Positions 1 to 12,800 of a stretch of 64,000 bases of DNA are shown here, piece by piece. How positions within the stretch are numbered: the first letter of the stretch is position 1; each line of letters starts with the position of its first letter. The translations under genes were made by a program, and so were the position numbers. The DNA is from Macrostomum lignano (taxonomy: Eukaryota), in assembly GCA_002269645.1 (NCBI GenBank), contig NIVC01002115.1, positions 124,001-188,000 on the forward strand, in the 5' to 3' direction. The notes beneath the pieces are model-generated. The model was given only the letters and a program-made list of their open reading frames with translations, was not told the origin of the DNA and made no database searches.

Positions 1-619
1 ATAGTACTATCATTATTATCATTTCTCATCTCATGCTTTAATCACGGCATCTTTCTGGCCAGTTAGCAGCCCTGAGAGGAATTTGTGTATCTCCAGCTCC
101 ACCACCACAGCTGGAACTCTACAGCAGTCTAACAACCAAGGAAATACGCATTTCTTAAAAGCCATTTAAATTTTAAAGTTACCTTATGCGAATCTTAATG
201 TTAAAAGCTTCATGGTGTAACTAACTAATTTAGTAGGATTGCATTGTAAACAGTTATTCATTAGTTTTTCGCTATTTTTACAAACCATCCCACATTGTCT
301 TGACTCTTGACTCTTGATTTGCAATCCACTGTTAAACTGCTGCAGACTGTCTATGTCCATACAGTACAGAGGACAGTGGTTTGAATCTCTCGCTAAACTG
401 TCTCTCCTCTCCACGCCTCTCCGGGGGTACAGAGAGGGCTATTAAAAAGTTATTCCAAAACACTGTACACTCGCTATGTACATTGAGCCCTATCGCCTGA
501 CCCTTCGTCTGAGCTGGGGGAATGAGTGAGTGAGTGGCACAAACAACAGAAAAAGCAGACAAACTTCACATGCTTACAGTTTCTTTTTCGGTTGAGTTAC
601 AGAGTTGAAACTTTACATT

Positions 620-1152
620 TAGACAGAGAATGGGTCAATGAATAATTGTGTCAAGTTTGAAGTCAATCGCTTTACGTGAAGCAAACTTATGGCAGCTGAA
701 AGTTAGTCAATTTTGAAACCCTTTTACACATCTGGGCCCAGATCGGGTAAGAGAGGCAGGCGGGCGGAGGTTGGGGTGGTTGCTACGCTGAAAAAACAGC
801 CTAACTTTAAAAGCGCACAGCACCGCTCAGGATTAACTTTGATACTCGAAATTTTACATGATTGTGCCAAAATAGTTAAAGATTATCTGTGTCAAATTTG
901 AAGAGAATCGGTAGAAGTGGAGCGGCGCTATGGAGGATTTAGTGAAAAAATTGCGCATTTTGAGCAGTTTTTTGCACTTTTAGGTAGGAAGACTTGAGTC
1001 TAGGAAATTAAAAGGTAGCCTAAGACATTCTCCGTAGTAAGTTTAGGGTGGGTGTAAAGTTTGGTGTAATTTGGTTGAGCGGTTTGGGAGTCCATAGCGA
1101 AGTAATTTGTCCACAGACAGACAGACAGAGTTTTGATTTTTATAGGTAGAGA
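620..1152 (+). mobile_element. Possible non-autonomous Helentron-associated (HINE/DINE-1-like) element; boundaries approximate
   Basis: Ends in GGTTGAGCGGTTT...CACAGACAGACAGACAGAG...TTTTTATAGGTAGAGAT (about 1070-1153), an ACAG-microsatellite 3' end typical of invertebrate DINE-1/HINE-like repeats. Recognised by pattern only. Confidence 0.3.
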
Positions 1153-1514
1153 TAATTAATTTAATCCACTAAAGGGGAACCTTACATGTAAATATATGTA
1201 CATGTACGTAAATAATAATATATATGGCTATAGTTAATTCAACACTATCAGCCTATATAGCTGGCTTCGATAAAATTGACGAGCGGTAATACGTATATAG
1301 TTGGAACAATTAAATGTAAGCGTCGACCTTTGAATACACCGACTGACATCGCATCTCCAATTACTGAATCAGATTAAAAAAATGGAGTAGCCCTGCATGC
1401 AGAGAGACGTACATGTATTTCAAGGTGGGCATGATCACGCCGGCCCTCTTGTAGTTATTTGGGCCCCTCACGCAGGTTTAGACTCGATCGATCCTATCCG
1501 GACTGCCACTTAAG

Positions 1515-1660
1515 CAGGCCCAACCAATCCCTCAAACAACCAGCTAACAGGCCCAACCAATCCTTCCAACAACCAGCTAACAGGCCCAACCAATCCTTCC
1601 AACAACCAACCAACAGGCCCAACCAATCCTTCAAAACAACCAACCAACAGGCCCAACCCA
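1515..1660. repeat. 33-bp tandem repeat, about 4.4 copies
   Basis: CAGGCCCAACC recurs at 1515, 1548, 1581, 1614 and 1648. Confidence 0.9.
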
Positions 1661-2590
1661 TCACTGCGCCTCAGGCTGTACGTCGTCCACCGAATTAACC
1701 AGCACGTATAGTAGGTGTACTGGCTCGTTAACAGCGGCTTCACCGACGGCCTAAGCTTGATTTACCTGTCCTGAGACCGTCCTGTTGTACAACGCCGAGA
1801 CCAGGCTGGACGCTGACGGACTCGTTCGCAAAGCAAGTCGATGCGGGGCGCGCACGCTGGCCTGCTACTCGCTGCCTTCAAGATCGGCTACGAGTGAGTC
1901 ACCAATGCGGCACTGGCACTCTATCGCCGCACCAGCCTGTCGCGTTCCAGCGAACTGTTGCGCCATCGGCGATTGGCGACTCCAGCTGTATGGCTGCAGG
2001 CCATATCATCTGAGCCGAGTCCGACTGTCTGCAGTCGGTGCAGGAGATGCTGTTTCTGACGCTGTTGTTGTTGTTGATTTGCTGCTCGACGGTCAGCATG
2101 CTTGTCTCTGACCGCGGCCAATTGAAAACGAGTATTTATCGTCTTCAACTAAGATCACCACCCTACGTCGATTCGTTGAATGCTCTTCCTAACCGCCGAT
2201 TACAATGGACAAGTAATCGCTTAAAACGTCGTTCGCCTTAAAGGACGTCGTTTAAAACGGAAACTGCATGACGGTGCCTGACCGACAGTTCAGATCAGGC
2301 TTGTCGGACTGTTGATGCCTCCGAGTTGTTCGAATTGCGACCTGGACAACTCGAAAAATTTAGGTGTTTCGACTCTGAATAGTCGCGATCTACTGAGATG
2401 TTTTACTTTCTCACATGCAATAACGAACTAAAGCAAATTACCTGAGTTTTGAAGGTTGCAGCTGCATTCTGATGCAATAATTATGTTGCAACTTCAGTAT
2501 ATTCAATATTATAATTAAAAAAAACTGGTGATTAGTTTCTGTAGACATGGCAAATGATCGAAAATTACACTTGGTTGTCATACCGTGCCC

Positions 2591-3795
2591 CTAGAACGTC
2601 TCTTTAATTGTCTCTAGAACGTCTCGGCATTGTCTCTATAGAACGTCTCTGCATTGTCTCTAGAACGTCTCTACACTGTCTCTAGAACGTCTCTGCATTG
2701 TCTCTAGAACGGCTCTGCATTGTCTCTAGAACGTCTCTGCATTGTCTCTAGAACGTCTCTACACTGTCTCTAGAACGTCTCTGCATTGTCTCTAGAACGG
2801 CTCTGCATTGTCTCTAGAACATCTCTGCATTGTCTCTATAGAACGTCTCTGCACTGTCTCTAGAACGTGTCTACACTGTCTCTAGAACGTGTCTACACTG
2901 TCTCTAGAACGTGTCTACACTGTCTCTAGAACGTCTCTACATTGTCTCAAAAACGTCTCTGCATTGTCTCTAGAACATCTCTGCATTGTCTCTATAGAAC
3001 GTATATGCATTGTCTCTAGAACGTCTCTGCATTGTCTCTAGAACATCTCTGCATTGTCTCTATAGAACGTCTATGCATTGTCTCTAGAACGTCTCTACAT
3101 TGTCTCTAAAACGTCTCTGCATTGTCTAGAACGTCTCTACACTGTCTCTAGAACATCTCTGCATTGTCTCAATAGAACGTCTCTGCATTGTCTCTAGAAC
3201 GTCTCTACACTGTCTCTAGAACGTGTCTACACTGTCTCTAGAACGTGTCTACACTGTCTCTAGAACGTCTCTACATTGTCTCAAAAACGTCTCTGCATTG
3301 TCTCTAGAACATCTCTGCATTGTCTCTATAGAACGTATATGCATTGTCTCTAGAACGTCTCTGCATTGTCTCTAGAACATCTCTGCATTGTCTCTATAGA
3401 ACGTCTATGCATTGTCTCTAGAACGTCTCTACATTGTCTCTAAAACGTCTCTGCATTGTCTAGAACGTCTCTACACTGTCTCTAGAACATCTCTGCATTG
3501 TCTCAATAGAACGTCTCTGCATTGTCTCTAGAACGTCTCTACACTGTCTCTAGAACGTCTCTACACTGTCTCTAGAACGTCTCTACATTGTCTCTAAAAC
3601 GTCTCTGCATTGTCTCTAGAACATCTCTGCATTGTCTCTATAGAACGTCTCTGCATTGTCTCTAGAACGTCTCTACACTGTCTCTAGAACGTCTCTACAC
3701 TGTCTCTAGAACGTCTCTACACTGTCTATAGAACGTCTCTACACTGTCTCTAGAACGTCTCTGCATTGTCTCTAGAACGTCTCTGCATTGTCTCT
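2591..3795. repeat. 22-bp minisatellite (AGAACGTCTCTGCATTGTCTCT), about 54 copies, with an internal ~334-bp higher-order duplication
   Basis: Unit read directly. The rare variant TCTCAAAAACG recurs near 2949 and 3283 with matching neighbouring variants. Confidence 0.95.
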
Positions 3796-3855
3796 ATTAT
3801 CACTTTTGAACTCCTTTAGAAATTTTTCGAGAATATCTTCAAGTTCGCAATCAGA

Positions 3856-6800
3856 TCAGTCCTGCTCCGAATTCAATTCGATGTCGTTAGGCGAATCAAG
3901 TTCAACTGTGGGCTCAGCGGCCGTCTCTGAAGAGGTTTTCCGTCGACTGTTGTACATGCTGATGAATCGCTCGCCAGAAGGTTTCTTGGCGCTGAGCCAC
4001 AGTCTGCCAGCCATCAAAGCATTTCGTCGTTCTGAAGCTGACAGAGCTGACTGCTGCGGCTGTTGCGGCTGCTGCTCATGATGCTCATAATGGTCTTGAT
4101 GAGGAGTCTCTTCCTGCAGAGGCTAAAAGTCATTTATGAGAGATTTTCGTTAGGCATTGAGGCTGATCGTACAGACCCATTGGGTCAGCTATTTTTAAAC
4201 TGAATGGAGTACAAGCATTTTACCTCACTGGTGTCGACAAATTTGGCTGCATTGCGACGTTTCTGAGACTTCTGGAATTTAGTTAAAGTGTAGAATACAT
4301 GTAGGTTTTAAACGGGCTTGCTGTGATTTGATTAGAAAGCTAGAAATACATTTAGTTGTTAAAGTGCTACATGGATAACTATTTTTGGTATGTGTTCTAT
4401 GTTCTAAAGGAATGTATGGGTGATTCCTGAGGAGTGTTGGCGCGATTCCTAAGGGGTGTTGGGGGCGACTCCTGAGGAGTGTTGGCGCGATTCCTAAGGG
4501 GTGTTGGGGGCGACTCCTGAGGAGTGTTGGCGCGATTCCTGAGGAGTGTAGGGGGTGATTCCTGAGGAGTGTAGGGGGCGATTCCTGAGGAGTGTTGGGG
4601 TGATTCCTGAGGAGTGTAGGGGGTGATTCCTGAGGAGTGTTGGGGGTGATTAATGAGGAGTGTTTGGGGTGATTCCTGAGGAGTGTAGGGGGCGATTCCT
4701 GAGGAGTGTAGGGGGCGATTCCTGAGGAGTGTTGGGGCGATTCCTGAGGAGTGTTGGGGGTGATTCCTGAGGAGTGTTGGGGGCGATTCTTGAGAAGTGT
4801 AGGGGGCGATTCCTGAGGAGTGTTGGGGGTGATTCCTGAGGAGTGTAGGGGGTGATTCCTGAGGAGTGTTGGGGTGATTAATGAGGAGTTTTTGGGGCGA
4901 TTCCTGAGGAGTGTTGGGGGCGATTCCTGAGGAGTGTTGGGGGTGATTCCTGAGGAGTGTTGGGGGTGATTCCTGAGGAGTGTTGGGGCGATTCCTGAGG
5001 AGTGTTGGGGGTGATTAATGAGGAGTGTTTGGGGTGATTCCTGAGGAGTGTAGGGGGCGATTCCTGAGAAGTGTAGGGGGCGATTCCTGAGGAGTGTTGG
5101 GGCGATTCCTGAGGAGTGTTGGGGGTGATTCCTGAGGAGTGTTGGGGGCGATTCTTGAGGAGTGTAGGGGGCGATTCCTGAGGAGTGTTGGGGGTGATTC
5201 CTGAGGAGTGTAGGGGGTGATTCCTGAGGAGTGTTGGGGGTGATTAATGAGGAGTTTTTGGGGTGATTCCTGAGGAGTGTTGGGGGTGATTCCTGAGGAG
5301 TGTAGGGGGTGATTCCTGAGGAGTGTTGGGGGTGATTAATGAGGAGTTTTTGGGGCGAATCCTGAGGAGTGTTGGGGGCGATTCCTGAGGAGTGTTGGGG
5401 GCGATTCCTGAGGAGTGTTGGGGGTGATTCCTGAGGAGTGTTGGGGTGATTAATGAGGAGTGTTTGGGGTGATTCCTGAGAAGTGTTGGGGGCGATTCCT
5501 GAGGAGTGTTGGGGGCGATTCCTGAGGAGTGTTGGGGGTGATTCCTGAGGAGTGTTGGGGCGATTCCTGAGGAGTGTTGGGGGCGATTCCTGAGGAGTGT
5601 TGAGGGTGATTCCTGAGGAGTGTTGGGGGTGATTCCTGAGGAGTGTTGGGGAGATTCCTGAGGAGTGTTGGGGTGATTAATGAGGAGTGTTTGGGGTGAT
5701 TCCTGAGGAGTGTAGGGGGCGATTCCTGAGGAGTGTAGGGGGCGATTCCTGAGGAGTGTTGGGGCGATTCCTGAGGAGTGTTGGGGGTGATTCCTGAGGA
5801 GTGTTGGGGGCGATTCTTGAGGAGTGTAGGGGGCGATTCCTGAGGAGTGTTGGGGTGATTCCTGAGGAGTGTTGGGGCGATTCCTGAGGAGTGTTGGGGT
5901 GATTAATGAGGAGTGTTTGGGGTGATTCCTGAGGAGTGTTGGGGGCGATTCCTGAGGAGTGTAGGGGGCGATTCCTGAGGAGTGTTTGGGTGATTCCTGA
6001 GGAGTGTAGGGGGCGATTCCTGAGGAGTGTTTGGGTGATTCCTGAGGAGTGTTGGGGCGATTCCTGAGGAGTGTTGGGGGTGATTAATGAGGAGTGTTTG
6101 GGGTGATTCCTGAGGAGTGTTGGGGCGATTCCTGAGGAGTGTTGGGGGCGATTCCTGAGGAGTGTTGGGGGTGATTCCTGAGGAGTGTTGGGGGTGATTC
6201 CTGAGGAGTGTTGGGGCGATTCCTGAGGAGTGTTGGGGTGATTAATAAGGAGTGTTTGGGGTGATTCCTGAGGAGTGTTGGGGGCGATTCCTGAGGAGTG
6301 TTGGGGGCGATTCCTGAGGAGTGTTGGGGTGATTCCTGAGGAGTGTTGGGGCGATTCCTGAGGAGTGTTGGGGTGATTAATGAGGAGTGTTTGGGGTGAT
6401 TCCTGAGGAGTGTTGGGGGCGATTCCTGAGGAGTGTAGGGGGCGATTCCTGAGGAGTGTTTGGGTGATTCCTGAGGAGTGTTGGGGGTGATTCCTGAGGA
6501 GTGTAGGGGTGATTCCTGAGGAGTGTTGGGGCGATTCCTGAGGAGTGTTGGGGGTGATTAATGAGGAGTGTTTGGGTGATTCCTGAGGAGTGTTGGGGGC
6601 GATTCCTGAGGAGTGTTGGGGCGATTCCTGAGGAGTGTTGGGGTGATTCCTGAGGAGTGTTGGGGCGATTCCTGAGGAGTGTTGGGGGCGATTCCTGAGG
6701 AGTGTTGGGGGTGATTCCTGAGGAGTGTTGGGGTGATTCCTGAGGAGTGTTGGGGCGATTCCTGAGGAGTGTTGGGGTGATTAATGAGGAGTGTTTGGGG

Positions 6801-9800
6801 TGATTCCTGAGGAGTGTTGGGGGCGATTCCTGAGGAGTGTAGGGGGCGATTCCTGAGGAGTGTTTGGGTGATTCCTGAGGAGTGTTGGGGGTGATTCCTG
6901 AGGAGTGTTGGGGTGATTCCTGAGGAGTGTTGGGGCGATTCCTGAGGAGTGTTGGGGGTGATTAATGAGGAGTGTTTGGGGTGATTCCTGAGGAGTGTTG
7001 GGGGCGATTCCTGAGGAGTGTTGGGGGCGATTCCTGAGGAGTGTTGGGGGTGATTCCTGAGGAGTGTTGGGGTGATTAATGAGGAGTGTTTGGGGTGATT
7101 CCTGAGAAGTGTTGGGGGCGATTCCTGAGGAGTGTTGGGGGCGATTCCTGAGGAGTGTTGGGGGTGATTCCTGAGGAGTGTTGGGGCGATTCCTGAGGAG
7201 TGTTGGGGGCGATTCCTGAGGAGTGTTGAGGGTGATTCCTGAGGAGTGTTGGGGGTGATTCCTGAGGAGTGTTGGGGAGATTCCTGAGGAGTGTTGGGGT
7301 GATTAATGAGGAGTGTTTGGGGTGATTCCTGAGGAGTGTAGGGGGCGATTCCTGAGGAGTGTAGGGGCGATTCCTGAGGAGTGTTGGGGCGATTCCTGAG
7401 GAGTGTTGGGGGTGATTCCTGAGGAGTGTTGGGGGCGATTCTTGAGGAGTGTAGGGGGCGATTCCTGAGGAGTGTTGGGGGTGATTCCTGAGGAGTGTAG
7501 GGGGTGATTCCTGAGGAGTGTTGGGGGTGATTAATGAGGAGTGTTTGGGGTGATTCCTGAGGAGTGTTGGGGCGATTCCTGAGGAGTGTTGGGGGCGATT
7601 CCTGAGGAGTGTTGGGGGCGATTCCTGAGGAGTGTTGGGGGCGATTCCTGAGGAGTGTTGGGGGTGATTCCTGAGGAGTGTTGGGGGTGATTCCTGAGGA
7701 GTGTTGGGGTGATTCCTGAGGAGTGTTGGGGCGATTCCTGAGGAGTGTTGGGGGTGATTAATGAGGAGTGTTTGGGGTGATTCCTGAGGAGTGTTGGGGG
7801 CGATTCCTGAGGAGTGTTGGGGGCGATTCCTGAGGAGTGTTGGGGTGATTCCTGAGGAGTGTTGGGGCGATTCCTAAGGAGTGTTGGGGTGATTAATGAG
7901 GAGTGTTTGGGGTGATTCCTGAGGAGTGTTGGGGGCGATTCCTGAGGAGTGTAGGGGGCGATTCCTGAGGAGTGTTTGGGTGATTCCTGAGGAGTGTTGG
8001 GGGTGATTCCTGAGGAGTGTTGGGGGTGATTCCTGAGGAGTGTTGGGGCGATTCCTGAGGAGTGTTGGGGTGATTAATGAGGAGTGTTTGGGGTGATTCC
8101 TGAGGAGTGTTGGGGCGATTCCTGAGGAGTGTAGGGGGCGATTCCTGAGGAGTGTTGGGGGTGATTCCTGAGGAGTGTTGGGGGTGATTCCTGAGGAGTG
8201 TTGGGGCGATTCCTGAGGAGTGTTGGGGGTGATTAATGAGGAGTGTTTGGGGTGATTCCTGAGGAGTGTTGGGGGCGATTCCTGAGGAGTGTAGGGGGCG
8301 ATTCCTGAGGAGTGTTTGGGTGATTCCTGAGGAGTGTTGGGGGTGATTCCTGAGGAGTGTTGGGGGTGATTCCTGAGGAGTGTTGGGGTGATTCCTGAGG
8401 AGTGTTGGGGGTGATTCCTGAGGAGTGTTGGGGGTGATTCCTGAGGAGTGTTGGGGGCGATTCCTGAGGAGTGTTGGGGGCGATTCCTGAGGAGTGTTGG
8501 GGTGATTCCTGAGGAGTGTTGGGGGCGATTCCTGAGGAGTGTTGGGGGCGATTCCTGAGGAGTGTTGGGGTGATTCCTGAGGAGTGTTGGGGCGATTCCT
8601 GAGGAGTGTTGGGGTGATTAATGAGGAGTGTTGGGGGTGATTCCTGAGGAGTGTTGGGGGCGATTCCTGAGGAGTGTAGGGGGCGATTCCTGAGGAGTGC
8701 TGGGGTGATTAATGAGGAGTGTTTGGGGTGATTCCTGAGGAGTTCAGGGCCGATTTCTGAGTCGCCCAATCAGCACCAACCTGCCCGATTTCCTCGAGCT
8801 CCTTATCGCTTAGTTTCACTCCTCCGTTGAGGCCTCTGCGATTCGCTTCATCCGCAGCTGCAGCCGCCGCTGCTGCTTCCGCTGCCGCCGCGGCTTCGTC
8901 GCCTTCAGTCCGTCGGTCCAGCCGGTTCAGTCGACGTCGGAGCAGGTGCAGCCTCAGGCGATGGAAGGCGAGGCCGGTGGCCGCCACGCGACGGTCCTGC
9001 TCGAGGCCGCTTTCGCTGTCAGGGCAGACAGAAGGGAATGAAATTTGGCGTTTTGTCAAAATGTAAACTACCCCGTATCCAATGTAAACTACCCCGCATC
9101 CAATGTAAACTACCCGTATCCAATGTAAACTACCCCGCATCCAATGTAAACTACCCCGTATCCAATGTAAACTACCCCGTATCCAATGTAAACTACCCCG
9201 TATCCAATGTAAAATACCCCGTATCCAATGTAAACTACCCCGCATCCAATGTAAACTACCCCGCATCCAATGTAAACTACCCCGTATCCAATGTAAAATA
9301 CCCCGTATCCAATGTAAACTACCCCGTATCCAATGTAAACTACCCCGTATCCAATGTAAACTACCCCGTATCCAATGTAAACTACCCCGTATCCAATGTA
9401 AACTACCCCGTATCCAATGTAAACTACCCCGTATCCAATGTAAACTACCCCGTATCCAATGTAAACTACCCGTATAACAATGGAACTCGATGCATTGCTA
9501 ATAGGGCATCTATCTGCTATTTTTAGACGATTAAATCTCGCTGACATTCGCTGATGCATGTAAGTGGATTTAAGCTAAATCAAAATAGCTACAACAGAGC
9601 CATAGGCTTCTCAACCTGTGGTTTCCTGCGGCACCCAGAGCGGCGGCTGCAGCGCTGCCAATCCGCAGACTCCGGACTCGGTCAGCCTGCTGACTGGCTG
9701 CCGACTTCGCTCTGGCAATGAACTCGCCCGTGTCTGTCGGCGAGTAGTGATCGTTCGCCTGCGGTGGGCGGTGAATGCGGACTACTGTGGTACTGCGCTG

Positions 9801-12800
9801 TGAATACTGTGGGGCTTCCCTCAATTACCCCAGCTAATGCTGGCACCCAAGGGGGCCGTAGCCCAGCGGTAGCGCAGCTGCTCTGGGGTGCCAGCGACCC
9901 AGGCTCGATTCCAAGTGCAGTCACATTAATTTGGGCAGTGTTAGGCACCGTTAATGAAAATCTTAACTTCCGTTAATAGCAAAAGCGTTAGCGTTAAAAC
10001 AAAAAAATCTTAACTTTTTAACTCCTAATTTCGTTAAGTTAACTGAAAGTTAACTGATAATCGTTAATAAGCGTTAATCCGTTAAAGTTAGCAGAGAAAA
10101 TACGGAAATCTTGCACGTTTTTTCCAAAACACACTTCGTAATGCACGTCTCTGCTATTCCATCTTTTTAGCGAAACACAGAGGTCATCTAAGCGATTTGA
10201 AAGCTAAAAAAGTAATAAATAATCATTTTAAAAACTTGCATGCATAATACTACTAAAAGTAAAGCATATGGTAAAAAAAGTAACTTATTTTATTTGAAAC
10301 TTAAAAGCTAAGAACGAGAAATTCATAATTAAATACGCATAGGAAGGTTGTTTCAGTACTATTAGCAGGCGCAGCAGAAAGTTGCGAAAGATTGGGACAG
10401 AAGTGAATCAAAGCGATCGATGCTCACGCGCAAGAAATAAAGTTTCACACTATTTTAATTCATTATTTTAAAGTTTATTTGTAAGAAGTTGTTAATTACA
10501 TGTACGTCTGTATGATTATCGTCATAAATAAAGAGATTATATTTAGGCATATAGGTAAGCTCAAATACGTTCGTAATGTTTAAACTTCTTGTAAGACTTC
10601 TATTTTTCGTTCTTTCTTTGCGTCTTTGGTCATTGACATAGACACTACCGTTAACGATGAATTTATCGTTAATTCACAAAATTTTTAACGCAAATTCGTT
10701 AATCCGTTAGTTCAAAAAAATCTTAACGACAGTCCGTTAACGTTAATGAAAAATCTTAACGCTTATTAACGCTTATTAACGCTTATTAACGGATTAAAGC
10801 TTATTAACGGACTGGTGCCCAACACTGAATTTGGGGCTGAATTGGAATCTCGGCTTGGCTCTGCTCGTGCAATTAACGGATTGAGAGCCAACCCCCCAAG
10901 GCGCAGTGAAGTGTACATGCCTAACGATAATATAAAGTTAGGGCCGTTGTACACTCCTGTGTGAGTGTGTGCCTGCGTACGTATCCGCGCGCTTGTATGC
11001 CTGCTCAGGGGAGTCGGCGGAATGGGCAGTAATGCCTCTCGCCGGTTGTGTGTTGATGTCGCTTAAAGTGCGCCAGGGTGCACACAACCCCCGTGCCTCT
11101 AATAAAAAAATGCTGGCACCCGTTTTACAGCTGGATGAACTGAAGCAATGCAAAGTTAAGTGTCTTGCTCAAAGACACAAATTGTTCTGAGTAGGGTTGA
11201 GAATCGAACCCCCGATCTTTAAGTGGTGAGTCCGATGCTGTAACCACTAGGCTACAACCCTCTGGAATACACTGTGAATACCCACATATGAAAAAGTGAG
11301 ACAAAATGGCCCTTTTAACTTTCTGACGGAGACAACTCACCAGATCCTCATTGTGGGTCTCGGCTGCAAAGATCCAGCCCTGCTTCAACTTGTTTTCATA
11401 GTCTTTGTTTGCAAAGCGACGGTGAATCTCTCTCGAATCGATGGACGAAGTGCTGCTTTTCTGTTTTGCTGTCTGTCAGTGAGTCGGATGAGCGATTGTT
11501 GGATTAGGTCTTGATATTTAAGAGTTCATAAGGCTATGATTTCATGAGTGAGTTCATGAGAGATTTCATGAGTAAGTTCATGAGAGAGTTCATGAGTGAT
11601 CTCATGAGGAACTTCATGAGTGAGTTCATAAGTGAGTTCATGAGGTTATGAGTTAGTGAGAGACCTCATAATTGAATTCTTAGTGATTTTACGAGGTATG
11701 AGAAAGTTCATTAGAGAGTTTATGAGTGAGTTCATGAGTAAGCTCATGAGTAAGATCATGAGTAGGATTAAGAGTGAGTTCATGAGTAGGATCATGAGTG
11801 AATTCATGAGTGAGTTGCCAATATCAACAGAGCCCTACCAATAGGAATTGCGTCACAGTGCCTGACAGCACTTTCCGCTTCTGTCCATCGCCGGTGATTT
11901 TGGCAGTCCCCATCGCTGCAGACAGCGGCTTTGTCTCAGCCGTCCTGAGTACGCCAGATCCAGCTGGCGATGCAGTCTGTTGGACAGGACATCCTGGCGG
12001 TTTTGTATTGTAATATTTTCCCCATTAAAAAGTTTCTATTTGATAAGGGAGCAATCTACCTACAGCAAATGATAAATTTCTTACTTTTTTGTTTGCCGCT
12101 GTTGATTTTGGCTTGAATTTCGCCTTCAATGAATTCCATATGGCGCTTCTTGAAGGTCACGTTTAGCGACGAGCTGAAATACGGGTAGTGAGAATTAAAT
12201 ATGCCGCTTTTGTACGAGCGTTCATGGAATTTTTTAAGCTGCTGTCACTTCAAGGTTGACAAACTTATCAGTAACTCACTGAAGAGCAGGGCTTACAGGA
12301 ACTACTTAATCCCAGCAACTACCCAATCCCAGCAACTACCCAATCCCAGCAACTACCCAATTTCAGCAACTACCCAATCTCAGCAACTACCGAATCTCAG
12401 CAACAACCCAATTTCAGCAACTACCCAATCTCAGCAACTACCCAATCTCAGCAACTACCCAATCTCAGCAACTACCCAATCTCAGCAACTACCCAATCCC
12501 AGCAACTACCCAATTTCAGCAACTACCCAATTACAGCAACTACCCAATCTCAGTAACTACCCAATCTCAGCAACTACCGAATCTCAGCAACAACCGAATC
12601 TCAGCAACAACTCAATTTCAGCAACTACCCAATCTCAGCAACTACCTAATCTCAGCAACTACCCAATCTCAGCAACTACCCAATTTCAGCAACTACCCAA
12701 TCTCAGCAACTACCGAATCTCAGCAACAACCCAATTTCAGCAACTACCCAATCTCAGAAACAACCCAATCTCAGCAACCACCCGCTAAGCTATAACACAC

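Noticed and set aside
1740-2460. GC-rich, exon-like minus-strand sequence with a QQQQQ/NNNN run and plausible donors near 1766 and 2440
   Set aside because: Possibly exons of another gene, but I could not build a phase-consistent model or recognise a domain.
2591-8743. Regularly spaced repeats as CRISPR arrays
   Set aside because: Units are head-to-tail with no unique spacers, the context is eukaryotic and there are no cas genes. The same applies to all other arrays in the window.
8233-9559. Long repetitive ORFs (PQHSSGI, VSNVNYP, GYGVVYI), and similar ones at 12201, 18276, 20488-21830, 26504, 34781, 51013-51835, 54035 and 62255-63794
   Set aside because: They are translations of minisatellites that lack stops in some frames. 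Most lie in introns of supported genes or inside repeat elements.
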